From NCBI GenBank assembly GCA_033442325.1, contig JAWQFM010000029.1:276966-340965 (forward strand): 64,000 bases of DNA, given 5' to 3'. This document shows positions 33,851 to 56,184 of the stretch, piece by piece (position 1 is the first letter of the stretch; each line of letters begins with the position of its first letter). The position numbers and the translations under genes were made by a program. The notes under the pieces are model-generated. The model was given only the letters and a program-made list of their open reading frames with translations. It was not told where the DNA came from and ran no database searches. The stretch comes from Salpingoeca rosetta (Eukaryota > Protista > Choanoflagellata).

Positions 33851-36302
33851 CGTGCATGTACATGCGGGCGTACGTGCATGTGTGTGCGTGCATGTGTGTG
33901 CGTGCATGTGTTTGTGAATGTGTGTGCGTGCATGTGTTTGTGAATGTGTGTGTGTGTGTGCGTGTGTGCACGTGCATGTGTGTGTTTGTGTGTTGCAGTT
34001 GAATTGCTGTGCTTCGTTTGTTTCATTTGTGACATGCGTTTCCTCAATTTGATTCACGCCAACACACCCCCTCTCCTCAACTGTGCTCATGCACACATGC
34101 TCCTTCCTTCCAACTCTTCTCCCTCCCCTACCTCTCCCTCCCACCACCAACACCGTTGTCATGCATCATCAGACGCCAACAGTCCACATATGAGCCGCCG
34201 GCAAAAGCCCATGTCCACATCCACGTCATCACCGCACACTCGCAGAACAAGAGCGTCGCTCCCATCAGCATCCGCATCATCAGCGTCAGCAGCAGCTGTG
34301 AGGACAGCGCGACACCAGGGCGGTGCTGGTGATGGTGATGATAATAGTGGTGATGGCGTTGGCACGCGTGGAGGTCGGAAGAGTGGCAGTCGACTCAGCA
34401 GCAGGCAGGCGAGCGGCAACAAAGGCGCTGGCAACAGCAGCAACAGGAACAGTATTGGTAATGGCAGCAGCAAGACGGGCGGTGCAGGGAATTCTGGCAC
34501 GCGTACACCGACAGCAGCAGCAACGGCAGCGACAGGTAGTGAAGATGTTGGACAGGGAGATCGGAGCGCGGGCGGCAGCAACGAGAGCAGCAACAGCGGC
34601 AGTGCGCGAAGCAGCGTGAAGCTTCCCGCCAAGGACGGCAACAGGATTGCGCAACTGTGCGACGTTTTGGAGGAGGAAGGCGCCCTGTTTACGCGCGACG
34701 ACGCTGCTGTGGAGGCCGTGCTGGTGGAGATGGTTGACGCCCAGTTTGCAGGCACCACCGCATCCCACTGTGACGTCACCGTCAACGGTGCGTTGTGCGT
34801 TGCTTTGTTGCGTGTTTAAATTGCCTTGTTTGTTGCGTTTGCTTTCTTTTGCTTTCTTTTGCTTGACTTTTGTTGTTGGGTCTTTCGTTATTGTGCTTGG
34901 TTTTTGGTGCTGTTGGTTGTCTTCCGTTTCCTTGAACACACGCGCATCCAGTCCCTCACCACCACCACCAACCTTACCTCCTCGCTCACCGTCATCACCA
35001 CCACCTTGCTCTTCACCGTCATCATCATCACCAGGGGAGCTGCTGCTTGGCTTCACGGCCGATGCCATGAGCAGCATGGCGCCGATGCGTGGCCAGGGCG
35101 GCGTGTGCGGCGTTGCGCTCGATCTCATTGTCGACCGCGCCACCTACCCGCGCATCCGCATGATCAAGTGCGCACAGGGAAAGGAGGGAGGGAGGGGGAC
35201 GGGTGGTGGTGGTGGTGTTGTTGTTTCGTGTATGTGTATGTGTGTGTGCGTGTTTGTTTGTGTGTGTGTGTGTGTGTGTGCGTGTGCGTGTTTGTTTGTG
35301 TGTGTGTGTGTGCGTGTACGTGTGTGTTGTGATGGCATGTGCTCAATGCCTCATATCAGTCCTCACTTGTGTCACCACCACCAACCATGGCCACCATCCA
35401 CCATTAAGGGCACTGCAACCGTTTGTGCACTGGCACGCCGCCAGCGCGCTCCTCCTCCTCCAGCTCGACCCGCTGCTCGATATGCTGTCGTCATCGGCGG
35501 TGGTTGTGCGCAACGGGCGGCGCGTCGTCTCATGCGCCCTCTTCAACCTCCCAGCAAAGGGTGCGTAGTGTGTGTGTGTGTGCCTGTGTTTGTGTGTGCC
35601 TGTGTTTGTGCGTGTGTGAGTTTGTGCGGGATAGTGTGTGTGTGTGTGTGTATGTGTGTGTGTTGCGTGAGCGAGCAATTGTGCACCTCTGTGTGTAAAT
35701 GTGTTGATGAGTGCCTGATGGCTCGTGTACGCCATTGTGCAACATTGCCCCACGTGCTCACGTCCACCACCACCAACACCACGACCACCACCACGACCAC
35801 CACCACCACCACGACACCACTACGACACCACGACCGTGCATCAGGTCTGCGCGATGCGCCATTGCGGCTGAAGGCGTCGTGGCGGTGCGATCAGGGGGTG
35901 GCGCAGGTCAAGATTGAGTACGCAGCAAACGCACACATGCACGCGCCGCTCACAGATGTCTCTGTGCACGTCACCTCCAAGCGTGCCACCAAGGTCACCT
36001 CCAAACCGTCAGGTGCGTAATGCAATGGCACCGTGTGTGTGTGTGTGTATGTATCGTGTGCAGTACGTGTTTGTGTGTTGTCGAGAGTGTGTTGTGTGTG
36101 TTATGCGTGTTGTATGGCGTGCCATGTGTTGTTGAGTATGTGAGTGTGTTGTTGTTGTTTGAGTGTGTAACTGCATGCATTGAGTTTACTTTGTGTGTGT
36201 GATGTGTGCGTTGTGTATGTGTGTGTCGTGTTGTGCGCACAACTGTGCTATGTCCACTCACCTTTCCAATCCCCATGTCCTTCGACCACCACCACCACCA
36301 CC

Positions 36303-36356
<54 letters not shown>

Positions 36357-36367
36357 GCCATCATTGC

Positions 36368-36443
<76 letters not shown>

Positions 36444-36941
36444 GCCATCAGGGGAGTGGAACCGCGTGCGAAAGGAGCTCGTGTGGTCGATACCGCGTGT
36501 GGATGTGGCGAAGAAGTCAACGGCTCAGGGCACCCTCTTTGCTCGCTTCTCCCTTCCAACCAAGGTCCGTTGGCTGGTGCGCGCGGTGGTGGTGGTGGTG
36601 GTGGTGGTGGTGGTGGTAAAAACAAGCGCACTTACTTAAGCATCATCACACCCTGTCACTACTCTTTGCCTTCTTCCTTCACTCACGTTGCTGTGCCTCT
36701 GCCCTGCTCTCTTCATCGAGTAGGGAGTGCCCAGCGTGGCGCGTGTTCACTTCACCTGCAAAGGTAACGACAATGACGACGATGATGATGATGATAAGAG
36801 GCGGGTGGATGGTTGCGCCTGGGTTTGGTGGATGAAATCATGGCAACTGCCTTCACGCTGTATCCTTTGTTGCGGTTTGTTTTCTGTTCACTCTTGCACA
36901 CATGTATCACACACACATGTATACACGCACATGTATTCACG

Positions 36942-36999
<58 letters not shown>

Positions 37000-37348
37000 A
37001 CATTACTGCACGCTTTAGCCGGGCGAATTGCTGCCGTTCGCGTCCGTGACGGAACCGAAGGTGAGCCACGATGCATTTGTGTGCACGAGCATGTGGTGCA
37101 CTCTTGTTTGGGTGCTGTAGCTCACGTATCTTGCAAGCACTGTTCACCACCACCACCCACCACTCTCCCATCACCTCACACACACACACACACACACACA
37201 TCCCTCGTTTGTTGTGTGCGCAGGGGAAGTGGTTGAGGCGACGCGTGCGCTGTTTGGAAAGCCGCCACCGGGCCCCGTGTGGCCCTTGCTCGTCACACAC
37301 ATCTCTCAGCACCTCACAAGCGGCAAATACGTCGTCACACCGCGCTGA
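27165..37348 (+). CDS. Muniscin family endocytic adaptor (FCHo1/2-SGIP1-Syp1-like): N-terminal helical F-BAR-like region, very long acidic disordered linker, C-terminal mu-homology domain
   Basis: Many GT-AG exons. The C-terminus reads [15 protein letters not shown]...CDVTVNGELLLGF...[21 protein letters not shown]...LTDVSVHV...[18 protein letters not shown]...GTLFARFSL...VHFTCK...LTSGKYV*, collinear with the muniscin muHD; the N-terminal exons (27165-29970) are amphipathic helical. Confidence 0.85.
36285..36449 (+). repeat. (CAC)n/(CAT)n tract running into a splice acceptor
   Basis: Direct inspection. Confidence 0.95.
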
Positions 37349-37356
37349 ACGCAGGA

Positions 37357-37409
<53 letters not shown>

Positions 37410-37424
37410 GTGTGCGTGTGTGTG

Positions 37425-37462
<38 letters not shown>

Positions 37463-37784
37463 CGTGTGTGCGTGTGTGCGTGTATGCGCTCTCTACCTGC
37501 CTCTGTCTGTCAGTCAGTCAGCCGTCTCCCTCCCTCGTCTCTGCTCTTTTCCCCCATAACACATGCTTCCAGCTTTTCCCTCTTTCCAGCTTTCGCTCCG
37601 TTGTGTTGTGTGTTCGCTCGACAGAAAGGTCCCATGCCATCCCACTTCTTGTGTTATCGTATCGTATGTTCTCCTCGCTTCGGTCGTTTCACTGCTTCTC
37701 GTGCCGTGAGGCGTGTGATAATAATCACAATGCAACCATGAATGGACAAATGGGTGGAAGCACACGAGTGGCGGATGAGTTGCA

Positions 37785-37823
<39 letters not shown>

Positions 37824-38413
37824 ACACACACCCACACACAGACACACACACAGAAACACACACGCACAACAGCACGACATCCCCATGACGTTTGGTGAAT
37901 GATATCAACTGATTTTCATCAAACGCGACCGCAAAAAGAGGCAGCAACACCAACAACGACCACAACACAAACGCTGCTGGGGCGTGTAAGTGGGACGGCC
38001 GTTGTTGTTGTCGTTGTGGTGTGTTGTTTGGCCATCAACAGCGAGCTCATAGCAACACCACCGCAACATCACACCACCACCACATTCACAGCGCACTGGA
38101 TGCGCCTGTAGCGCCAGTGGCATCTCATCACAACTGCCGCCTGTTATCCCTTCCCCCTTCCCGAAAGTCACCAGCTGACATCTTCTGACGCACCTTGTAA
38201 ATTGCTTCTGCAACCTTAGTTGCTGACTTGCTCCCTTCCTCGCTTGCTCATCAGTTACTGGCTTCCCTGCTTGCTGGACTTATCTTCACCCGGACATACA
38301 AATCAATCACAGCATCAGCAACAGCAGCAACAGCAGCAACAGCAACAGCACATCGACGCACGCGGAGCCGCTTGCAGCACCAACAGGACGAGCACCTAAC
38401 CTGACACCCAGCG

Positions 38414-38457
<44 letters not shown>

Positions 38458-38537
38458 ACACCCACCCACACACACACACACACATACAAACACACTCGCT
38501 GCCTTCAACACGTGGGGTTTTCGTGCAGACGGGCAGC

Positions 38538-47356
<8,819 letters not shown>

Positions 47357-47993
47357 GTGAGAGAGAGGGGGAGGGGAGTTGGTGGATGTGTTTAGGGATG
47401 TTCTTGTTGTTTTGTTGTGGTGGTGGCGCCACGCTAGGTGGTCGCGTATGAGTAGGTTTGATGGGGGTTTTGACAATCGCTCATCTGCTTGCACATGAAC
47501 GAACGTGTTGGTCCAGGACGTTACTTCCGTGTTCATTGATAAACGAATCAGGTCACAACGTCAAGACTTCATTTGAAAACCCGACTTTATGTGTGCTGTT
47601 GGTCATTGGTTGACATTGACATGAAAGAACCAAAAGCACTGTGTGTGTATGTGTGTGTGTGCTTGCGCAAACACCGTCAAATGCATCAACCAATCTTCAA
47701 GCGTACATCGACGGTTACAATCCGATGACAGAAGACATAACTGTTGGTCGTTGGGATTGTCGTTACAGGCACCCGTGAGCGCTCCCCAAAGCGATTGACC
47801 ATGTCTCACTTCCATCGCGCGCACACATGCCCTTGGTTCTGCATTCCATCTTGCACGCTCATTCAATGTAACTCGTGCGATGGCTGCAACACAGTAGGAA
47901 TCCACAAAACAACATGCCACCCAAGTCATACAACGCCCATGCTCAACAATCATGTCAATCCATCGCTTTCTGGTTGTTAGCCGCGTCTCCTCG

Positions 47994-48776
47994 TCAGTCT
48001 TCGCGCCGGTACATGACCGATGACTTGACCTGTAACACATATGTGTGTGTGTGTGTGTGCGTGTGTGCGCGTGTGTGCGTGTGTGTGAGCTTTGAAAGTC
48101 TCCCTCTCGCCTCAGCGAAAACGAACGCACACCACCTTGGCGGATCAACACTCCCTTCCTCCACCCAACACCCCCGCCCCCCACACACACGCACAAACTG
48201 ACCGCATGGATGTTTGTGGAGAAGGAGCGGAGGGGAAACACCTCTGCGGCGTTGGGCACGAGCTTTGCATCGGACTCCTCCCACGTCTGCAGCAAAACCC
48301 GCATGTGGCGTTGTGGTGAGGGCATTGTCGACACAGACAGATGAATCGACACAAACACAGACACGAACACAGACTCACAAAGCAAACAAAGGCGCACGCA
48401 CACGCACACGCGCGCGCGTACACAGACACACACATACAACTGCACACGCAACCAAAGACACACCCACCCACACACATACAACTGCACACGCAACCAAAGA
48501 CACACCCACATCCACCCACACGAGTGCGCGCACCTCTGGTGTGAGCACGTCCTTGTCGGTGTAGATGAGAATCTCAAAGGCACACGGGTCGTCAATGAGT
48601 GGCAGGAACGACACGCTGGCCGTGATCTGACGCAGGATGCCCTGAATCTCAGCATGGATCTCCTTCTCCGTCTTGTTCGACACACTGCAAAACATGAGCG
48701 CGTGTGCATGTGTGAGGAAACATAAACGAAAGAAGAGCAGTGCAACCATGGGAAGTCGAACGGTGATGTGAGAAAA

Positions 48777-48809
<33 letters not shown>

Positions 48810-49592
48810 ACGCACACACAATGCAGCACGTATAGTCATTCATACGCACGAGTTTTCGTCCATGGACTTGTCACACTCAATGTCAAACTGCCAGCGTTCC
48901 ATGACCTGCACAAAGAGCACGTGAAGGACAATAAGAAGGCGTGCATGTGTGCATGTGTGCGAGTGTGCGTACGAGCGTGTACAAAACGACGCGGAATGAA
49001 GGCAGAGAACGCAGCAGTTGAACACCGCCAGTGCAACCGTGAACAGCGACCGGCAACAGCAACACACCTCAGACGTCATGGAGCTGCTGATGACGAGCAC
49101 AACCTTCTGGATCGTCTTCTCCATCAGCCATGCTGTCAATGTGAACAGTAAGGATAAAGCATAGTGTGAGCTGCTATATCGACACAACTAGCGCCCTCCA
49201 TTCCCTCCCCTTATCTTCATCGCTTTCACGTGTTCCCATCTTCGACCAAACGTACTGTTGAGTTGGGTGAGGATGTTGTTCACGTAGCGCTTGAGCGATT
49301 CGTCGCCAGTTGTCAGCAGCGTCAGGCCATACTTCTTCACCCGCTCAAACTGCTCTGGTGGGTAGATGCCACGCTGCGCGACATGGATACAATAAGCAAA
49401 CCACGCGTGAGAGCGGTGCTGAGCATGGCCAGTGTCACACAATAACGCCCTTTCCTTCCACCCAAACCACAACATCAACACGCGCGCGCATACCTGGTAG
49501 AGGACGCTGTTGATGGCAAAGCCAAAGAACTCTGTCACCATGTTTGCGCTGCCACGCAGCGTGATGGCCTGCGATGCCTGCTTCGTCGCCAT
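47994..49592 (-). CDS. MAD2: Mitotic spindle checkpoint protein MAD2 (HORMA domain), 7 exons
   Basis: Spliced product MATKQASQAITLRGSANMVTEFFGFAINSVLYQRGIYPPEQFERVKKYGLTLL...ERWQFDIECD...IRQ-like LRQITASVSFLP...FEILIYTDKD...WEES...LRSFST...VMYRRED. Confidence 0.97.
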
Positions 49593-49632
49593 GTCGTGTG
49601 TGTGTGTCTGCGTGTGTCTGTGTATGCGTGTG

Positions 49633-49689
<57 letters not shown>

Positions 49690-49841
49690 TGTGTGTGTGT
49701 GTGTGTGTGTGTGTGTCTGTCTGTCTGTATGTCTTTCCTGCTTTTTGAATTTTGCGCGGCCCAACGAAATTCGTCTTCCATCCATTTCTGCTGAGTCAGC
49801 AATAACTGCCACAACTGCACACACACACGACAACAGCCAAG
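49593..49841. promoter_or_regulatory. Putative bidirectional promoter between MAD2 and the DEAH helicase
   Basis: Divergent ATGs at 49592 (-) and 49842 (+), ~250 bp apart. Confidence 0.6.
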
Positions 49842-50020
49842 ATGCCACCAAAGCGGAAGAAGCACATCCAGCGAACGTGGGTGCATGTGGCGATGATGAT
49901 GGCAGTGATGGTGCTGTGGTGCTGTCGCTAGCTTGGTGATTGTGCACTTGCTTGCCTTGGTCTATATCGCTCATCGTTCTATCTATTTCTCTCCCGTCTC
50001 CTGCACCCAAACACACACAC

Positions 50021-50056
<36 letters not shown>

Positions 50057-50270
50057 GCAACACACACCCACGCAGTGGCAATGCTGGCAACTCGAAGAAA
50101 GGCAGCAAGGAGGAAGTGATGGCACGGCTGGCGCAGAAGAAGGCACAGCAGGAGGCCAGCAAGGCCGCAACGGGCGATGGTGGCGATGATGGTGGCGGCT
50201 TTGCCATCTGGGGATCCTCTCCCGCCGATGACAAGGCGTCCTCCTCCAGCAGCAAGCCAAAGCCCATCGC

Positions 50271-50365
<95 letters not shown>

Positions 50366-51243
50366 GTGTGTGTGTATGCGTGTGTGCATGTGTGTGTGTA
50401 AATGCTTGCATCTGCAGCTCAGTCTTTGGCGCAGTCACACTCACACTCACACTCTCACACGCAACACCCCCCCCCCTGCATTCGCGCTTCTTCATGCTTT
50501 CAGCTGAGGTCGGATCTCAGTAATTGGACGGGCAAGCGGCCGCAGACGCTGCTTTACGAACTGTGCCGGCAACGCAAGTACAGCAAGCCTTCGTTCAGGC
50601 CAATCCCCAGAGACGGCGGGTTCATCTGCAAGGTGATGTGCTTTGAAGCGGACTTGGACGCGTGGTTCCGACTTGCTGGGGCTCTTTCGTGCTTCGCTGC
50701 CGCACCCTCGTGCCTGACGCTTTCACCCTCTCTCCTTCCACCTTTCTTCCAGATCAACCTCTTCAAGACGGATCCAAAGTCCGGCGAGCAGGAAAACTTC
50801 TACACGTGCGACAAGCGCGTGTACTCCACAAAGGAGGAGGCCGTGAACATGAACGCCGTCGCCTGCTTACACCGCATCAACTTTGACAAGGTGTGTGTGT
50901 TTGTGTGTGTGTGTGTGTGTGCCTGTATCTGTGTGCCTGTATGTGTGTGTGTGTGTTTGTTTGTCTGTTTGTGTGTTTGTTTCTCTGTTTGTGTGCGTGT
51001 TCTTGTCACAGCGTGCGTCTGGGTGAAGAAATGCCTCATTCCCAGACATCAACTCCCCCTCCCCGCTCTTCAGCCAATGCACCGCGTGCTGCCCCCTGGA
51101 TACCGCGACTACTGGCTCAAGCTGGAGGACGAGCGGAAGGCGGATCCGCGCTCCAAAGCCCCGCGCTCCGTCGACCCCTTCAAGTTCAAGAAGGTGGGAG
51201 TTGAGAGGGCAAGGGCATGGTGTGCGTGTGTGCGTGTGTGTGT

Positions 51244-51317
<74 letters not shown>

Positions 51318-52022
51318 GTGTGTGTGTATGTGTGTGTGTGTGCAATGCATGATTGAGACTTTGCTTGATTCAACCCACCTCCCGTCCCCTTTCATTCACT
51401 CACACCACGCCCCCCTCGCATCCCCATGTGCCCTTGCCACTGCAGGAAGTAGAGCAGCGACGAGAGAAGCGTGAGGTGGACAAGCGACGACGCGAGCGCA
51501 CGCGTGAGCTCGACCCGAAGTTTTCATACCCGTCCATCTCCATCGCAGAGGATCTTAGACACCGCATCGAGGTGCGCTGTCGTTTGATTGTGTGTGTGTG
51601 TGGGGGGGGGGGCAAAAGCGGAGAGGTGTTTGTTTACGAGCGTTGGTATGGGATGCTCGCTTTTTCACGCCCTTCTCTCATCGTGTCCTGTTCCTCAAGC
51701 CTCACCACCAACCCCACCTCCCTCTCTCTCTGTCTCCTTGCTTCATTCTTACACCTTTCAGGCTGCAATCAAGAAGGTTATGGTGTACTCTGAACAGCAC
51801 GGCCTGGCAGAAATGACCGCAAAACTCGAGCTTGCAGGCAACGAAGGACCCAGCAGCAGCAGCAGCGGTGGGCGTGGTGGCGGCGGCGGAGGGAAGGGTC
51901 GTGATGGTTCACGTGGAGACGACCAGAAGAAGATTGTGGCAGATTTGCAGAAGCAAGGCTTTCTGCGGGCCAACATTGAGGAGGCACTGCTCTACTGCAA
52001 ATCAAGGTGATGGCGTGCGATT

Positions 52023-52107
<85 letters not shown>

Positions 52108-52566
52108 TTTGGTGTGTGCTTTCATGTCTCAAAACCCATCTAACCCTCCCTCCCTCCACCTCGCTAACCCCCCTCCCTTCTTCTCAACAGGTCTGCGGTG
52201 CTTGACTGGCTGTGCCTGCACCTGCCCGAGCGCGATCTGCCGGAGCAGTACCGGCCCGTCATCATGGACGTGCGCACACACACGCGCGACACCGCCGCCC
52301 TGGCGCACGAGTACCGCATCCGTCGCCTCGTCGACTACGGTGAGGGGGGGGGGAAGAGCGATGGTGGGGGGGGGGAGTGGTTGTGAATGATATGGGGTTT
52401 GATATGGTTGATGAGGGTTGGTGTGGTTGATGAGGGTTGGTGTGGTTGATGGGGTTTGGTGTGGTTGAAACAGAGGCGTGGTGCGTGGTGTTGTTCGCTC
52501 AAAACATCGCCTGCGCTCTCTCATCTCACTCATCTCCTCTCATCTCCCTTCATACACACAAATACA

Positions 52567-52613
<47 letters not shown>

Positions 52614-52930
52614 CACAGGCTTCAAGCGGGAGCACTCGGAGGCGCTGCTGCTTGAATCGGGCGAGCGGGTGTTTGATGCGCTCGCTCGCCTCCTCGCAAA
52701 CCTGCACATCACCGCAGACGCACACGCGCACGCGCACACGAAGCAGCGCACACGTGGCACGCGTGATGGCAAGGGCGATGATACCGGTGATGTGGAGAAG
52801 CGCGAGCGGTTTGTCCGGGAGGAGTACCCATTTGTCGTCGCGCCACCGTGAGTTGCACGTCTGCGAACGCTGACCTTGAACTCGTTAACTCGAACTGGAA
52901 CTGCTGTGTGCTTGTGTCAATGGCTGCAAC

Positions 52931-53005
<75 letters not shown>

Positions 53006-54264
53006 GCACTCGGCTCTCCCTTGACAGCGACAAGCGGACGTTTGATCCGGAATTGGAGGAGCAGCTGCATGACGAAATCTCGTCCATGCAGGCCATCTTC
53101 GAAGGGCAGTGCCACGTGGAGAGCGCCGAGCACAACGGAACATTCGCCCACACCGTGCGCATCGACCTCAAGAACATTCCCGTGCGTGTTCAAACACGTG
53201 TGATGGTGTCGGAATGGTGCGGTGAAGAAGATGGGAGTGGCACGAACGTGCAGTGTATGATGGCGGATGATGGCTTGTTTGCACATGTCTCGTCATACGA
53301 ATCATTGCGCGTGTCATTGCACGTATCATTTCAAGTTCACACGTACCCACTTTCACTTACACTTGCACCCACACGCACCATCATCATCATCACCATCATC
53401 AGGAGGTGCCTGGCAAGGTGTCTGTGCACTTTTTCGTGCCCGTCGGCTGCCACTACCCGGCGCACCGCCCTCTCATTGTCGTACGTTGCCCCGTGATTGT
53501 GATGCTGTTGCACGCAATAATGTGGTGGTGGTGGTGGTGGTGGTGGTGGTGGTGGTGGTGGTGGTGCTGTGGGCGAGGTTCGCATTCGTGCGAACATAAT
53601 GGTGGTGTCACTGCGTGTCTGCCCGTACAAGCACATACATGCACACACACACACACACACACACCATCACACACACACCATCACACACACACCATCACAC
53701 ACACACCATCACACACACACCATCACACACCATCACACACACCATCACACATCCATGACGTCACGACTGGCTGCAGGTGACGAGCGACAAGCTGCCGGCG
53801 CACGTGGCGCTGACGATGACGAAAGACGCGAACATACACGCAAAGGACTTTGTTGGCGACGTGGTGCGTGGATGGCAATGTTGGTGTTATGAACACGAAT
53901 GGATGCGGTGGGGGGGGTTACGTGTGATGCAACCGATGCGACTTAATTCGTCTGCTTTCATATGTGTGTGTGGGCGTTCATGTGTGATCTTCGAAGTGCT
54001 CACTCACTCACACACTCACTCACACACTCACTCACACACACACACACACTCACTCTCTCACTCACTCACTCTCACTCTCACTCTCACAAACACTCACTCA
54101 CACACACACACACACACTCCCTCTCGCTGACGTGGTTTGTTCCGCCCATCGCCCCATGTCCTCCATCCTCCAGATGATGAACGACATTGCGTCATGGCTC
54201 GAGCTGCATGCCCCAGATTACGTGGAGAACCCACCGCGCCTCGCAGACCTGCCCACGGTACGCA

Positions 54265-54342
<78 letters not shown>

Positions 54343-55110
54343 TGTGTGTGTGTCTTCACATGCACATCTTTCTGCAAAACAAAGCCACCTTCCTCCAACT
54401 CTAACAAAAAGGACACGCACAAAAACGCACACACACGAAAGGCAAGTTTATGCATGTTGGCACCTCTCTGTGCTGCGCTTGGCTTCCTACCCATGGCCAT
54501 CANNNNNNNNNNNNNNNNNNNNNNNNNNNNNNNNNNNNNNNNNNNNNNNNNNNNNNNNNNNNNNNNNNNNNNNNNNNNNNNNNNNNNNNNNNNNNNNNNN
54601 NNNNNNNNNNNNNNNNNNNNNNNNNNNNNNNNNNNNNNNNNNNNNNNNNNNNNNNNNNNNNNNNNNNNNNNNNNNNNNNNNNNNNNNNNNNNNNNNNNNN
54701 NNNNNNNNNNNNNNNNNNNNNNNNNNNNNNNNNNNNNNNNNNNNNNNNNNNNNNNNNNNNNNNNNNNNNNNNNNNNNNNNNNNNNNNNNNNNNNNNNNNN
54801 NNNNNNNNNNNNNNNNNNNNNNNNNNNNNNNNNNNNNNNNNNNNNNNNNNNNNNNNNNNNNNNNNNNNNNNNNNNNNNNNNNNNNNNNNNNNNNNNNNNN
54901 NNNNNNNNNNNNNNNNNNNNNNNNNNNNNNNNNNNNNNNNNNNNNNNNNNNNNNNNNNNNNNNNNNNNNNNNNNNNNNNNNNNNNNNNNNNNNNNNNNNN
55001 NNNNNNNNNNNNNNNNNNNNNNNNNNNNNNNNNNNNNNNNNNNNNNNNNNNNNNNNNNNNNNNNNNNNNNNNNNNNNNNNNNNNNNNNNTCACACACACA
55101 CACACACACA

Positions 55111-55165
<55 letters not shown>

Positions 55166-55688
55166 CCCCTGCACTCCCCTCACCAACACCATCACCGTCA
55201 CCACCATCACCACCACCACCATCACCATCATCAGGGCATCGTCCCAGACGCGTCTGCTGTTCTGCACGACGGGTGTCCTCCTGCGCCAGCTGCAGTCCGA
55301 CCCCGCCATCCACTCTATCTCGCACATCTTCGTGGATGAGGTGCCCTACGCTCGCAGCATGTGATTGCTGAATGACGTTGTGGAATGAATGTGCGATTGC
55401 TCTGGGTTTCGTTCACGCAACCTGTCCCCCCCCCCCTCTCACAGCGTTCTCAACCCCGTCTACCCCTTCACCGTTCACCCCCACAAACCCACAACCAACT
55501 CCACACATTACCGTCACCATCACCACCACCATCAACACGATCATCACGCCAGGTGCACGAGCGCAGTCTTGACAGCGACGTACTGCTTGCTCGGCTCCGC
55601 GATGTTTTGCGCCGCCGAAAGGACTTGAAGGTCGTCCTCATGAGCGCAACCCTCGACGCCGCAAAGTTCTCAAACTACTTTGGAGGTG

Positions 55689-55749
<61 letters not shown>

Positions 55750-56113
55750 GTGTGTGTTTGTGTGTGTGTGTGTGTTGGTGTGTGTGCGTGTGTGGGGGGG
55801 GTCATGGAATGCCCCTGTGTGATTATTTGTTTAAACAAGCTATCAGCTGTCAACCATCCCCTAGCATTGCTAAGCACAATATCACATGTCCCACACCCCC
55901 ACCCCGTCAACCCTTGGCAGGCGCACCTGTGATTCAGATCCCCGGCTTCACGCATCCCGTGAAGGAGGTGTATCTTGAGGACATATACGCAACCGTCCGT
56001 CCGCGCATATCGCTCCCGTCTGCAGAGAAGGCAAAGCGGGTACGGTCATGATAGGAGCTTTGAGTCATCGAGATGATGAGGATATGTTTGTGCGTGTATG
56101 CCTCGTTTGTGCA

Positions 56114-56184
<71 letters not shown>

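Noticed and set aside
54257-55235. Helicase apparently lacking Walker A (pseudogene or pseudo-enzyme)
   Set aside because: The missing portion coincides with an N gap, probably under-sized; all downstream motifs are intact.
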